Positions 24,154 through 37,000 of a stretch of 64,000 nucleotides of DNA are shown here, in pieces. Origin of the DNA: Isurus oxyrinchus (taxonomy: Eukaryota). Position 1 is the stretch's first letter. Every line of letters begins with the position of its first letter. Below the pieces are notes generated by a model. The model saw only the letters and a program-made list of their open reading frames with translations, did not search any database and had not been told where the DNA came from. The position numbers and the translations under genes were made by a program. The stretch is taken from positions 23,994,001-24,058,000 of the forward strand of contig JANJGN010000026.1 in assembly GCA_026770705.1 (NCBI GenBank). Reading direction: 5' to 3'.

Positions 24154-27100
24154 GTAAGAGCCATGCACTGATTTGATAATTGTTTTATTTGAGCCTTTGT
24201 TTTTTTATTTTTGTCTATTTTAATAATTCATTCGTTCACTGAAACGTGGGTTTGGTGGATTCTGTGTGCAGATTTTTTTTACAATGTTTCATGCGATTCT
24301 GCTGAAATTGAGTTACATAATTCCGCTGTGTCTTGTCAAAAAGTGCTGCTGAGGGATTCGATCCTTGGTTGTTGTGATTTGGTGTTTATCTGCTGAGGAT
24401 AATGTGTGCCCGGAATACTTGAAATACCCAACGTCTGTTAAAACAGTTTGACGTTTCTGAAATGATTAATCTCGGTGACATCTAATGGCTGCGGGTTTTG
24501 CCATCTCCTGCACAAGTGTTTAAATATGTTTGAAATCAAACCCAATATTAACAAAATATGCTTAAGTTTCAACATTAATTTATTGAACATGTTCCGCACA
24601 CTCACAATGCTGTTGCCATTATTCCATATTTCTGTCTAGTTTAATTATTCATTCATTTGGTGACGATCTGGTTTGTCTGGACTCGATATTGAGATTTTCT
24701 TGCAATGTTACATTGGATTCTGTTGAAATTGTTTGTAGAATTGAGCTGCTTCTCCATGGAACGGGTTTCAGCCCCTCAGTGATGTGATTGGGTATTTTTC
24801 TCCTGAGGAGAGTGTGTGCCTGGGTGACTTTGGATAAGTAGAATTTGTGAAACGGTTTGGCGGTTCTGCATTGTTCCTGCATTGTTTAAACTCGGTGACA
24901 TTGAGCGGTTATACGTTTTGAGGTTGATTGGAAACAGTCTAGGCGTTTGTATCTGCTTGAAGCGCGATTGTAGGCAGAGAACAGACAGACTTCAGAAATG
25001 GGGAAAAGCGTTTAAAGATGTGTGGAACATTTTGTTTTGATTTTAAGTGATAATTGCAGATTAAACTAAACCATGGATTATGGCGCTCATTCAGAACATA
25101 ATTCATTACTGCAGTCAGAAACTACATAATTAACACGTTTTCAAATTGTAGAGTAAGATTAATATAATTCAAACAATTATAATGTGGTAACATTTTTCCA
25201 AATTTACTGAACGGCTTTCATATGAACATAATTGATCATTAATCGCCTTTCACAATTCTGCTGCACATTGCGCACAATTAACACGATCGGGAAAGTTTTT
25301 AGGCTGGAAGCATTTTGTGATTATGCATGAAAAAATTCATTAAAATACATTGATTCTACAGAATTGTTCAGTTTCACAAGATATTTTGAATTATTTCTTA
25401 TATCCCTGATTACGTTGCATTGACTTAAAGAGGAGTTTGACATTGCAGTTTGGCAATATGTCGATCCGGTTATTACATTCTTTCTGTGCAGCCGTAACCA
25501 TATTATTCTTTCAATGTCATTGGGATTTGGATACTGAGATACTTGTCACTAACCTCTTCTTAAATAGTTTTCTAAAGGTGGAAGTCGCTGGTAGTAATGG
25601 AATAGATCTTATATATTTTTTTTAACTGCAGGAAGGTGCAGACTGCACATGAATAGAGATTGACAAATAAAAGCTTGAAATTCGAACAGATTAATTTAAT
25701 TTCAAACATTAATATTAGTTTTGAACTTAATAAAAACATCCTGTCTTCCGTAGCTGTGCTGTACACAGGATGAAAGTATAGGCGAAGAACAGATTATAAC
25801 TAATCTTCATGCTTAATTCTTATTAAATATTAAATTGAACAACAAAATCTCCTATCAATTTGCTTATTATATTTCAGTGTCGCAGATGACATGAATGAAC
25901 TCTTCTCATCAAGTTTTATACTGATCAATTTGGATCTTCTTTCAACAAATAACATATTTAATAATTAAATTATAGAGATTGGGTGAAGCGCAGGAGTAAA
26001 ATATTTTTAAATACCTGAGTTATTACATCTAGGAAGCACTTTTATTGATAAAAAGTAACTGCCAGGAACAATCTTTTTAACATAATTTCGAGTTAAGACA
26101 ATTTATAAACTCGAGAGACTCGTTTTAGCAAACAGATGATGTTACAGCTCTTCGACAGTTAATGCGATGTGACCCCGGCAGATTTGAAAATATTTCAAAT
26201 ATTCCACTCATAAGCTCGTCGTATGAATTACTCGATGGAACTTATGATTTCTCAATGCGTTCAGAAACACGCATAGTTTACAATTTTGTTGGCTAAAACA
26301 GAGCAGCAGAAGTAAAAGTTAAAAAGTAAACAGTGATTCGGTTTAAGTAAAAGTGACATACTTGCCTGAATGTTTCCAACTAGTAATTTGAAGTTTATTA
26401 TTGAACATTGTTTCAGTGTAAGGTTGATTTAAATAAGCCCCAATTATTTCACAAAGTAGCAGGAAGAAACGAGCTTTCAATTATTGAAAAATCATTTTTA
26501 ATATTATAGAGTAGAAATCAGCTAACAAGTAAATGGATTGACAATAACAAGATAAATAACTTACAATATTGATAATTAATTCAAATAAATGAACTCCAAC
26601 AATTGAATAGTCATTGTAGTGAATGCGAAATCTCAAAGTGTGGGGAGCATATTTAATTGTATCCAAAATGAATTGAGAAAAGAACACTTTTCTTACTCAG
26701 CTGTGCTCAGCTCGATAAGCTGATAATTTTATTTGTTATATTTATATCTAAAATCAAATCCAATCAGTGGGTTAATCGGTTTTCAATGTGAGTATTTCCT
26801 GATTTGTTTAATTCATACCCTGTCATTGAGTCTCTGTTGCGGATACCAAATTATCCTGAATATGTCATATTTGCTGTGCTCATTTTCAGGGTAACTTAAA
26901 TCTTACGTTGTTTGGAGATTTGAGGCAAACAGGGAGAATTAGATGGACTTCAAAGGGAGTTTTGAAATGAAAATCAGATTAATTTCAGAGAATTTATAGA
27001 ATAATTGTAATAAATTGACCATTGATCAATTAGAACCAAACAGCTTGAATGAAAGGGACAGATTGAACAGATCTATCTGCTGGAACTCACTTATAGCACC

Positions 27101-27509
27101 ATTTGTGTCTGTTCTGTTTCTGTGCGCGTGGTCACTTCTGGGACCAGGAATCTTCCTGGCTGGCTGTTAACCTTCTGGTTCACTCTCCTATATTTCAGTA
27201 AGTGCAATTTGATTTATTTCTTCAAAAAACTTGTATCTGTGAAAAATGTGAAGGTCTGATTTCATGTTTGGCTCGGCGCCTCAGAAATGATGTACCTAAC
27301 GCAGCTTGTGACAGTCTGAAAAAACAATTGAGAAACAACAGACAGTCTGTCAAATGAGATTATGTTGATTTTAAACCAGCAATGTATCTGTCATGGGAGT
27401 GTTCAGTTAGGCAATGCAGAGAGTGTTTTATTCTATTTTAATCCGTGCTGTAGTAATCCTTGACCTATTTAATGGGACAGGGTGGAGGAAGAAATTAATC
27501 TGTACCTTA

Positions 27510-28100
27510 TTTTTAATCCTATCATAGGATGTTGGGGTCACTGGCAAGGCTGGTATTTTTGCCTATACCTAATTGCCCCTTGAGGAAGTGTTGATATGCC
27601 ACCTCCTTGAAAAGCTGCAGATACTTTTAGGAAGCGAGTTCCAGACGTGACAGTTGAAGGGACGGCGATATAGTTCCAAGTCTGGATGATGGGTGTCTTG
27701 GAGGGGAACGTACAGGTGGCAGTGTTCCCAAGTACCTGCTCGCCTTGTCTTTCTAGTTAGGAGAGGTCGTAGGTTTTGAAGATGCTGTCGAAGGAGCCTT
27801 GACGAGTTGCTACAGTGTGTCTTATATGTGCTACACACTGCTACCACTGTGCGTCAATGCGGGAGGGAGTGAATGTTTAAGGTGGATGAGGTGCCAATTT
27901 TGCAGGTTACGTTGCCCTGGATGGTATTGAATTCCTTGGGGTTCTTTGAAGTTTCACTCGTTGAGATAAGTGGAAACTATTGAATCCCAGTCCTGACATG
28001 TTCCTTGTAGATGGTGAGTTGCCTTTGGGTGATAGGAGTTGAATTACTTGCCACAGAATTCCCAGCCTCTGACCGGCTCTTGCAGCCACAGCATTTATAC
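27510..28100 (-). mobile_element. LINE 3' fragment splitting a relic of the 67 bp repeat
   Basis: Reverse-complement similarity to 18690-18945. Remnants of the 67 bp repeat flank it at ~27395-27510 and ~28110-28330. Confidence 0.6.
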
Positions 28101-28344
28101 CAAAACTGGACTGAACCCTCCCCTGGGCATATTTGATGGAACAATGTAGAGGGAGTTTTATTTTATATCAAACTGGTGCTGTACCTGACCCGTAGTGTTT
28201 GACAGCTCAGTGGAGAGATGGCTTCCTGTTGAATTCCACCCTTGCAGCTGATGACAGGAGTGTCTTGGAGGAGGAGTGGGAGCTTTAATCCATATCTTGA
28301 TGTGTCCTGTTCCTGACCTGTGAGTCTTCTCCCCACAGAGGTCA

Positions 28345-29375
28345 AACAAACTGAATCAGCATCGAACTAACTGGCTGTGAGTTCTCGAGCCAGATCTGTG
28401 AAAATAAATTGCTTCATTGCTCAGTTGAAATTCTTCTTATCATGTCTATGGACGGTCTGTACATGGCCCAACCAGAACTGGACAAAGTTTTGTGCCTTGC
28501 TGTTGAATTTGGCAAGATCTGCAACAGTGCAGGGTTCCTCTAGTGATAGGCGTTGCAGGAGATGTTGCATAGTCTGTGGCTCAGTTCACCATTCACAAGT
28601 TGTAGGGCTGGTTCTATATCCCCATTTGCTTAGTAACATCTTTGAACGGTCTACACCAGTCCTAAGTCTGTTAAGGCACTTCCAGGTTGCCCAGTTGCAA
28701 TTAGCTCCTGGGGGAAGGCTTTCATCCGGTAGAATTTCCATCGCTGGGGGTTGTTCGAGACTGGTGAGCCGGTCTTTCCACAAGGTGATGCGGGCTTCAG
28801 ATGGAGTTGATTGTAATGGAACAACACAGTTCATGAAGCTCTTCCTTGACTTTAGGTGGCTGGGTGTAGGTGTATGACCATGTAGAGGGTGCCTCTCATC
28901 TGATGTTTGACGGAGTCGCTCTTTCTTGCTGGTTACCATTCTTCTTATATCGGGGGAGCGATACTTGCCAGAATATATAGGCTGTTGGTGTTTGTTGGTT
29001 TTAAACAACCTGTGATAAGTCGGCAGCTTGCATTCAGAACGGCATCCAATCCTTAGCATGAGTAGATCTTTCCCATGCAGGGCAGGCGTATTTAGCAGTG
29101 GAATAGCAAACAGCAAGTGCACTGATTCGCAATGTTTTCGAGCTTGCTTCCCATTTTGTGTTAGTGAGCTTATTCAGGATGCTATTTCCTGCGCTCACTT
29201 TTGCCTTTGTCTTTTCGATGTGGTTCTTGAAGGTGAGGCATCTGTCAAGGGTGACTCCTAAGTAGACAGGGTGCTCGCAATGCGTCAGTGTTCCTCCACA
29301 CCAGGTTACTTTAAGCTGGCGTTTGGCTTCATGGTTTCTGAGGTGGAATGCACGGACTTACATCATTTCGGTTGA
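28345..29375 (-). mobile_element. 5'-truncated Ingi/Vingi-like LINE, frameshifted
   Basis: Minus-strand translation: AFHLRNHEAKRQLKVTW...HPVYLGVTLDRCLTFKNH...LITGCLKPT...APPDIRR...HPLHGH...LKSRKSF...LPPGANCNWATWKCLNRLRTG...KWGY. Confidence 0.75.
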
Positions 29376-29789
29376 ACTGACACATGTTAATTGATTTAAA
29401 CAATATTCCTGGAGAGAACATGTATAAATGTTTATAAAGTAATTATGTTTCAGCATTTTAAGTATCAGAAAATCATTGAATATGAATGACCAGAACTTGA
29501 GCACAATTTCAGAGCAAACAATATCAGGAAGTGTCAGTTAGGCTCCAGAGAGTAGCGCCTGCTCTGATCCGATCAGAGGCTGTGAGTTATTTAAATGACT
29601 GAAATGGACAATGACCAGACTCCCGCTCCAAGTAGCTGGGGATTTGGGGAAAAGGAGCCTCCATCAAAAACTGAGTCATTGGATTGCCGCCTGCAGGGGG
29701 AGGATTGAATGGCAGAAATGAGAGCACATGGAGGACATTCGGCCCTTCGAGCCTGTCCTCCATCCAATAAAATCATGACTGATCAACCT

Positions 29790-30635
29790 CGACACACTCA
29801 GTCTCTCTCCCACACACCCTCACTCGCTCACTCTTTGACACATACTTCTCTCATACACACCCACACTCACACTCTCTCTCACACACACACTCTTTCTCAC
29901 ACACTCGCTCTCTCCCTCACACATACACACTCACACCCTTTCACACACTCACGGTCTGTCTCTCACATACAAATTCTTCTTAACATGCACTCACTCTGTG
30001 TCCCTCACCCATTGCCTCTCTCTTTCACACACACTCTCACACACAGAGACTAGCATTCTCTCATACACATATACTCTCACATACACACACTCTCACACAC
30101 ATATGCACGCTCTCACACACACGTGCACACTATCTCTCATATACAGAGACACCCTTTCTTTCTGACACATGTATTCTCACACATACACATGCACTCACAC
30201 ACTCATTCTCTCTCTCTCACACACACACCCTCTCTCTTATGCACACACTCTTACACACATGTACTCTCTCTCCCACATACACACACACACTCACACTCTG
30301 ACACACACAGCCTCATTCTCTCTCTCTCTCATGCAGATACTCCCTCTCTCTCTGGCACGTGCACACACACACACACACACTCACACACACATAACCATTC
30401 TCTCCCTAAAACACTCTTTCTCTTTTACACATATGTTCTCCCTCTCACACACATATGCTCCCTATCACACACACGCATACAGACACACTCTCTCTCTCTC
30501 ACACACACACACACTTTCTCTCCCACTTACACACACATTCTCTATCTCACACACTCTCTCTCCCACACTTATGTTCCCTATCACACACACACTCTCCCTC
30601 TCTCAAACACACACACACACACATTCTCACACACA
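29790..30635. repeat. Compound (CA)n/(CT)n low-complexity tract
   Basis: Directly visible in the sequence. Confidence 0.95.
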
Positions 30636-31043
30636 GAAGTGGGCTGAAAATACCAATTGCAGAATGAAAATCCATGAAGCTGCATGCATGTTCATTATTC
30701 CATTTCTGATGTCTTTTGGTGTAACATGAAAGTAAACAGGTGACATCACCATGTATGGACAGAATTTCCATGTGCTGAACTGGACACAAAGAAACAAGGA
30801 AAGGGGAGGGATGTGGCGGAGACCACAGCCGGCTGGATCCCCAATACTGGTGCACACTTGGTGCAAGATGCCTGCACGGCCCATCCTGGATTTGCTGTAC
30901 CCTTCCCCTCCAGCCCCCTCAGTCTGCCTATTCACGCACTGACACGGGTTTCTCAAAGAAAGGCATCGGCATTAAAGCAGCTGGCCAGCAATCTACACTG
31001 CTGCCTGACTTTACACAGCCAGTGTTACTGAAAGCTGATCAAT

Positions 31044-31217
31044 ATGGAGAATCAGAACAAGATTGATGGAGAGGAAGAGGAGGAGGTGGGCGTGGTGGAG
31101 CCAAATGGAGGAACGCCCAGCTCGGCTGTGGATAACAGGCAACGGAAAACTGAGCTGGAGCAGAAAATCATCTGGAGAAACATTGCCTTGATGAGCCTTC
31201 AGCACCTGGGCACCCTC
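31044..31217 (+). pseudogene. SCD5: Stearoyl-CoA desaturase (SCD5-like) N-terminal fragment
   Basis: MENQNKIDGEEEEE...ELEQKIIWRNIALMSLQHLGTL matches the SCD motif (I/V)WRN..LMSLLHLGA. Trp at residue 44 with no intervening intron fits SCD5 better than SCD1. Truncated into a microsatellite. Confidence 0.75.
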
Positions 31218-32470
31218 ACTACCCACAATCACTCACCCTCACTCACCCTCACCCACCCTCACTCATTCACCCTCACCACCGACCCTCACTAATTCACCCT
31301 CACTCACTCACCCTCACACATCTACCCTCACTCAATCACCCTCACTCATCCACCCTCACTCATTCACCCTCACTCATTGTCACTCACTCACTCACTCTCA
31401 CACACACTCTCACACACTCACTCACTCTCACTCACCCACCCTCACTCACTCACCCAGCCTCACTCACTCACCCAACCTCACTCACTCAACCACACTCACT
31501 CACCCAGCCTCATTCATCCTCACTCACTCAACCACACTCACCTACCCTAACTCACTAACCCTCACTCACCCTTAGTTACCCACCCAGCCTCACTCACCCT
31601 CACACACTCACTCTCACACACTCACTTTCACACACTCACTCACTCACCCATCCTCACTCACTCACCCATCCTCACTCACTCACCCACCCTCACTCACTCA
31701 CCCACCCTCACTCACTCACCCACCCTCACCCACTCAACCACACTCACTCAACCACACTCACTCAACCACAGTCACTCAACCACAGTCACTCAACCACACT
31801 CATCCTCACTCACTCAACCACACTCACCTACCCTAACTCACTAGGCCTCACTCACTTACTCTCATCCAACTTCACTCATTCACTCACCCTCATCCACTCA
31901 GCATCAATTACTCACTCATTCTCACTCACTCACTCACCCTCATCACACTCACTCAGCCTCACTCACTCATTCAGCCACACTCACCTACCCTCACTCATTC
32001 ACCCTCACTGATTCACCCTCTGTCACCCACCCACCCTCACTCACCCACCTTCACTCACCCACTCACCCTCATTCACTCACGATCACTTACCATCACTTAC
32101 TCATCCTCACTCACGTTCATTCACTCACCCTCAATCACTCACCCACCCTTACTCACCTATCTTCACTCGCACTCAATCACTCATCCACTCTTGCCCACCC
32201 ACCCTCATTCACCCACTCACACACTCACCCACCCTCACACAACCACCAACCCTCACTCACCCACTCATCTAACCTCATTCAATCATCCACCCTCACTCAC
32301 TCATCCACTCTCACTCACTCACTCACATTCAGATATGCACCCACGCTTACTCACCACCCACCTTCCCTCACCCCTTCACTCACTCACCCTCACTCAACCA
32401 CCCACCCTCACTCTGTCCCTCAGCCGCACTCACACGGTCACTCAGGCACACGCTTACACACTCAATCACT
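31218..32470. repeat. (CACT/CACCCT)n C/A-rich simple repeat
   Basis: Directly visible. Almost no G on the + strand. Confidence 0.95.
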
Positions 32471-32479
32471 TTTCCTAAA

Positions 32480-33700
32480 TCGGTGGGTGGGAGGATGAGA
32501 GGGCAGGAGCTGCGGGGAAGGGAGACCTGGAAGTGAGGCCTGAGGCCTTGCAGTGCCCGCAAGTGGAGCAGGGCTGCAGGGAATGATGAGCATTGGTGGA
32601 AAGCGTGGAGCACCGGGGGGAAAGGACAGTGAGCTGGCAGAAAAGGGCAGACAGCCGGGGCGGTCGGTGGTGGGAAACTCAAAAAGCCGGGGGAAGGGGC
32701 TGACGGCCAGGGGAAAAGGCAAAGTGCCCGGCTGGGTGGGGTGGGAGCGAAGTCAGGGAACAAGAGGAGAGGGCAGAGGGCCGGGGTAAAGGGCAGAGGG
32801 CCTGGGGAAAGGACTGAGAGCCCATGGGAAAGGACCGAGAGCCTGGGGGAAAGGTCCGAGGGCTGGGGGGAAAGGGCCGAGAGGAAATGACCGAGGGCCG
32901 GTGGGGGGGAGGACCGAGGGCCGGGAGGGAATGGCCGAGGGCCAGGAGGGGAGGACCGAGGGCCGGGAGGGGAGGGCCGAGGGCCGGGGGGGAAGGGCCG
33001 AGGGCTGAGAGGGGGGAAGGGCCGAGGGCTGGGGGGAAGGGCCGAGGGCCGTGGGGAAAGGGCTGAGGGCCGGGGGGAAGGGCTGAGGGCCGGGGGGAGA
33101 AGGGCCGTGGGTTGAGGGGGGAAAGGGCCGAGAGAAGTGTGAAAGCACAGAGAGGTTGGGGGAAGGCACCAAGAGCCTGGTGAAAGTGCAGAGAGCCAGG
33201 GGAAAGGGAAGAGAGCTGGGGAAAAGGGGAAGAGAGGTGGTGGAAAGAGTAGAGAGAAGGAGGAAAGGGAAGAGAGCTGGGGGAAAGGGAAGAGAGCTGG
33301 GTGGAAAGGGAAAAAAGGCAGTGGAAAGAGCAGAGAGAAGGGGGAAAGCGCAAAGAACCAGGAAAAAGGGCCGCGAGTTGGGGGGTGCGGGGAAGGGCTG
33401 AGAGGCAGCGGGATGGGCCGAGAGGTGTGAGGAAGTGCTGGGAACTGGAGGAAAACACCAGGAGGTGGGGAAAGGGCCTTGAGGTGGGGGGAAGGGCGGA
33501 GAGAAGGCTGAAAGCACAGAGAGCTGGGGGAAAGATAAGAAAACCAGGGGAAGAGGCAGACAGCCGGGGAGGAAAGGGCATAGAGCCGGGATGGGAGTAT
33601 GGGGGGAAGCTCAGGGAGTCGGGGGAAAGAGCAAATACCCGAGGGAAAGGGCAGAGAGCCAGGTGATAGCGGGGATAGCCTGGGGAAAGCAATTGCGAGT
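32480..33700 (+). repeat. G/purine-rich tract with GGGCCGA and GAGCTGGG repeats
   Basis: Many runs of 3 or more G. (GAGGGCC)n core at ~32780-33130. GAGCTGGG at ~33213, 33274, 33294 and 33521. Confidence 0.9.
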
Positions 33701-34069
33701 CGAGGCCCCAGGCACCCTGTGCCCCACTTTCTCTCTCTCTCTCTCCCTTATTATCTCTCATCCTCCTGAAATTCTTTCCATTCCTGGGGAAAGGCGATGT
33801 GTGGCTGGGATGGAAGGGAGACAATGTATTTGTGCGCTTCCTAATGGGTCTCTGTGCCTCTCCCTGGCCGATATTCACTGCCCCTCCAATCACAATCTGT
33901 TTCTCTCCCATGTTTCCTGCTGAGTGAGCCTATCCGCAATTAATGGGATAGAAGACCAGCCTGTGATTCAAGGAGAAGCTCCTTACATCTATCTTTAACT
34001 CCACTTAACTGCCTTACAGACATTTTGAACAATGGCTCCTGAGGCCACAACCCAACCACATGCCACAGA

Positions 34070-37000
34070 TTGGACAAGGCTGTAACAATCGAAAATAAGG
34101 AAATGGGCAGAGAAGTTGGACAAATATTTTGGCTTTAAAGAAGTGGCTGCTAAAATAGCAGAGGCATTGCTTTTAATTTTCCAAACTTCCCTCGATTCAA
34201 GAAAGATCCAGTCAGATTGTAAAATAGTGAATGAGGCTCATATATCAAATAAAGGAGGGAAAGAGAAATCAAGAAATGACAGGCCAGTTATCTTAACATC
34301 TGCCAAGGGAAAATGCTGGAATCTAGCACTAAGGAGTTTATCAAGAGTAATTTAGAAAATCCAAATGAAATTATGTAGATCCAACATGGTTTTGTGAAAA
34401 GGAAATCATGTTTGGCTGATTTATTTGAGGCCTTTGAGGAAGTAACAAGGAATGTGAATAATGGAGAACCTGGGGATGTACTGTATTTGGGTTTCCAGAA
34501 AGCATTTGAAAAAGTGCCACATCAAAGGTTACTATTCAAAATAAGAACTCATGGTATCAGGGGTAACATATCAGCATGTTATTCATATCACCAGAAGTTT
34601 AGTTAATTAATAGGAAACAGAGAATAGGGATAAATTAGTTATTTTAGATTGGCAAGATGCAACAAGTGGAGTGCCACAAGGATCAGTGCTGGAACCTCAA
34701 CTATTTACAATTTATATAAATGACTTCAATGAAGGGACCAAATTAATGCTTGATAAATTTGCTGATGACACAAAGGTTTAATTTAAAGGATAAATCATGG
34801 CAGGAGAGCTCAAAACCGTGGTGTGCTCCTCGTGCTCCATGTGGGAAGCCGGGAACATTTCCAGTGCCCGGGATACAGAATATTAGCAGAAAAGGGACAC
34901 ATAATAATACAGTAAAACAATCAAGTGAAAGGGAGTACAGCTGCATTAAGTTTCAATGGAGTAAGGAAAAGCTGGATGGCCTCTATTTTAATGCCAGGAG
35001 TGTTAATAGGTGAACGGATGAGTTAAGAATGAGGATTGGCAAGTGGAATTGTGATATTGTAGCCATCACGTGATTGAGCGAGGGGTGGGATTGGCAGCTC
35101 AACTTTCCAGGGTATAGAATCTTCAGCTGAGACAGGGGAGGGGTAAAAGAGGAGGAAGCATTGCAGTATTAGATAAGGAGACAGTTACTCCAGTAAGGAG
35201 ATGATATCTTGGAGGGGGCATCGAATGAAGCTTTGTGGGTAGAGCTTAGGAATAGAAAAGGGGCAACCACATTCTTAGGTGCTGATTATAATAAATAATA
35301 AGATAGTAAATGGGAAATAGAGGAGCAAATATGTGCACAATTTGCTGAGGTGTGTAAAACAATAGCAATCGGGTAATTATATTAGGTGATTTCAACTTTC
35401 CCAGCATTAATTGGGATGGACATAGTGTTAAAGGTTTGGATGGAGTGGACTTCTTGAAATGTGTACAGGAGAACTTTTTAGGTCAATGTGTAGAGAGTCC
35501 AACAAGGGACGGCACAAAGCCAGCCTGAATTCCAGGGAATGAAGGCAGACAGCTGGCTGAGGTGGTGGTGGTGGGGGGGCGGGGGGGGAGCATTTTAGTG
35601 AAAGCGACCATAACATGGTACAATTTAAGTTTGTTATGGACAAAGAAAGAGACAAGTTGCAAAAAAATGTTTTGGAGTGGGGGAGAGCGAATTTTAGTAA
35701 AATAAGGCAGGATCTGGGAGCAGCTACTTGTGGCTAAATCTACAGAGGAGCAGTAGGGGGCGTTCAAAAAGGAAATGGGAAAGGGTACAGGCTCAACATG
35801 TTCCCTTTTGGGTGATAGGAAGGAGTAACAAGCCCAGAGAACCATGGATGACCAGGGATATTCAGGTTATGATGAGAAGGAAAAGAGAGGCTTTTGGCAG
35901 GTACAAGGGAAGCAAATCAACGGAGGAATTAGTAGAATACAGAAAGTGCAGGATGGAGCTTAAGAAAGCAATTAGGAGAGCAAAGAGGGGATATGAGAAA
36001 GCTCTGGCTGGTAAAGGTAGGGAAATCCCAAGATATTCTATAAGCATATCAATGGGAAGAGGATAAGCAGGGAATGAGTAATGCCCATTAGAGACCACGG
36101 GAGGAATCTATGGGTGGAGCCAGAGGACATCAGTGAAGTGTTGAATGAATACTTCACATCTGTCTTCACCCTGGAGAATGAGGATGAAGGTATGGAACTC
36201 GGGGAGAGAGACTGCGAGGTTCTTAAGCAAATTAATATAGGGAGTGACAAGGTATTGGAGGTGTTGGCAGGCTTAAAAGTGGACAAATCTCCAGGTCTGG
36301 ATGATTTGTGTCCCAGGCTGCTGAGGGAGGCAAGGGAGGAGATCTCAGGGGCTCCGACCCAAATTTTTAATTCCTCTCTGGCAACGGGGGAAGTGCCAGA
36401 CGACTGGAGAGCAGCTAAGGTGGTTTAGTTATTTAAGAAGGGTTGAAGAGATAAGCCAGGGAACTACAGGCCAGTGAGTCTCCCGTCTGTGGTAAGGAAA
36501 CCATTGGAGAAAATTCTGAAGGAATCTATGTCCACTTGGAGAGGCAAAGTTTGATCAGGGATAGTCAGCATGGCTTTGTCAGAGGGAGGTCATGCCTTAC
36601 AAATTTGACTGAATTTTTTGAGAAGGTGACCAGGTATGTAGATGAGGGTAGTGCAGTTTATGTAGTTTATATGGATTTCAGCAAAGCCTTTGCCAAGGTC
36701 CCAGATGGGAGACTTATAAAGAAGGCAAATGCACATGGAATACAGAGTAATTTGATAAGGTGGATTCAAAATTGGCTTAGTTGTAGGAGACAGAGGGTGA
36801 TGACAGAAGGATGCTTTATTGACTGAAAGCAAGTGTCCAGTGGCGTAACACAGGGATCTGTGCTGGATCCCCTATTATTTGTCATTTATATAAACGACAT
36901 TGATGGTTATGCAGGGGATAGGATAAGTACGTTTTTGGATGACACAAAGATTGGCTGGGTGGTTAACAGTGAGGTTGAGTGTCTTGGGCTACAGGAAGAT

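Noticed and set aside
29709-30729. His/Thr-rich ORFs
   Set aside because: Translations of (CA)n/(CT)n repeats. The same applies to ORFs at 43283-44358 and 48620-49108.
32679-33911. 410 aa Pro-rich minus-strand ORF
   Set aside because: A by-product of the G-rich tract, which has few stop codons on the C-rich strand. No domain features.
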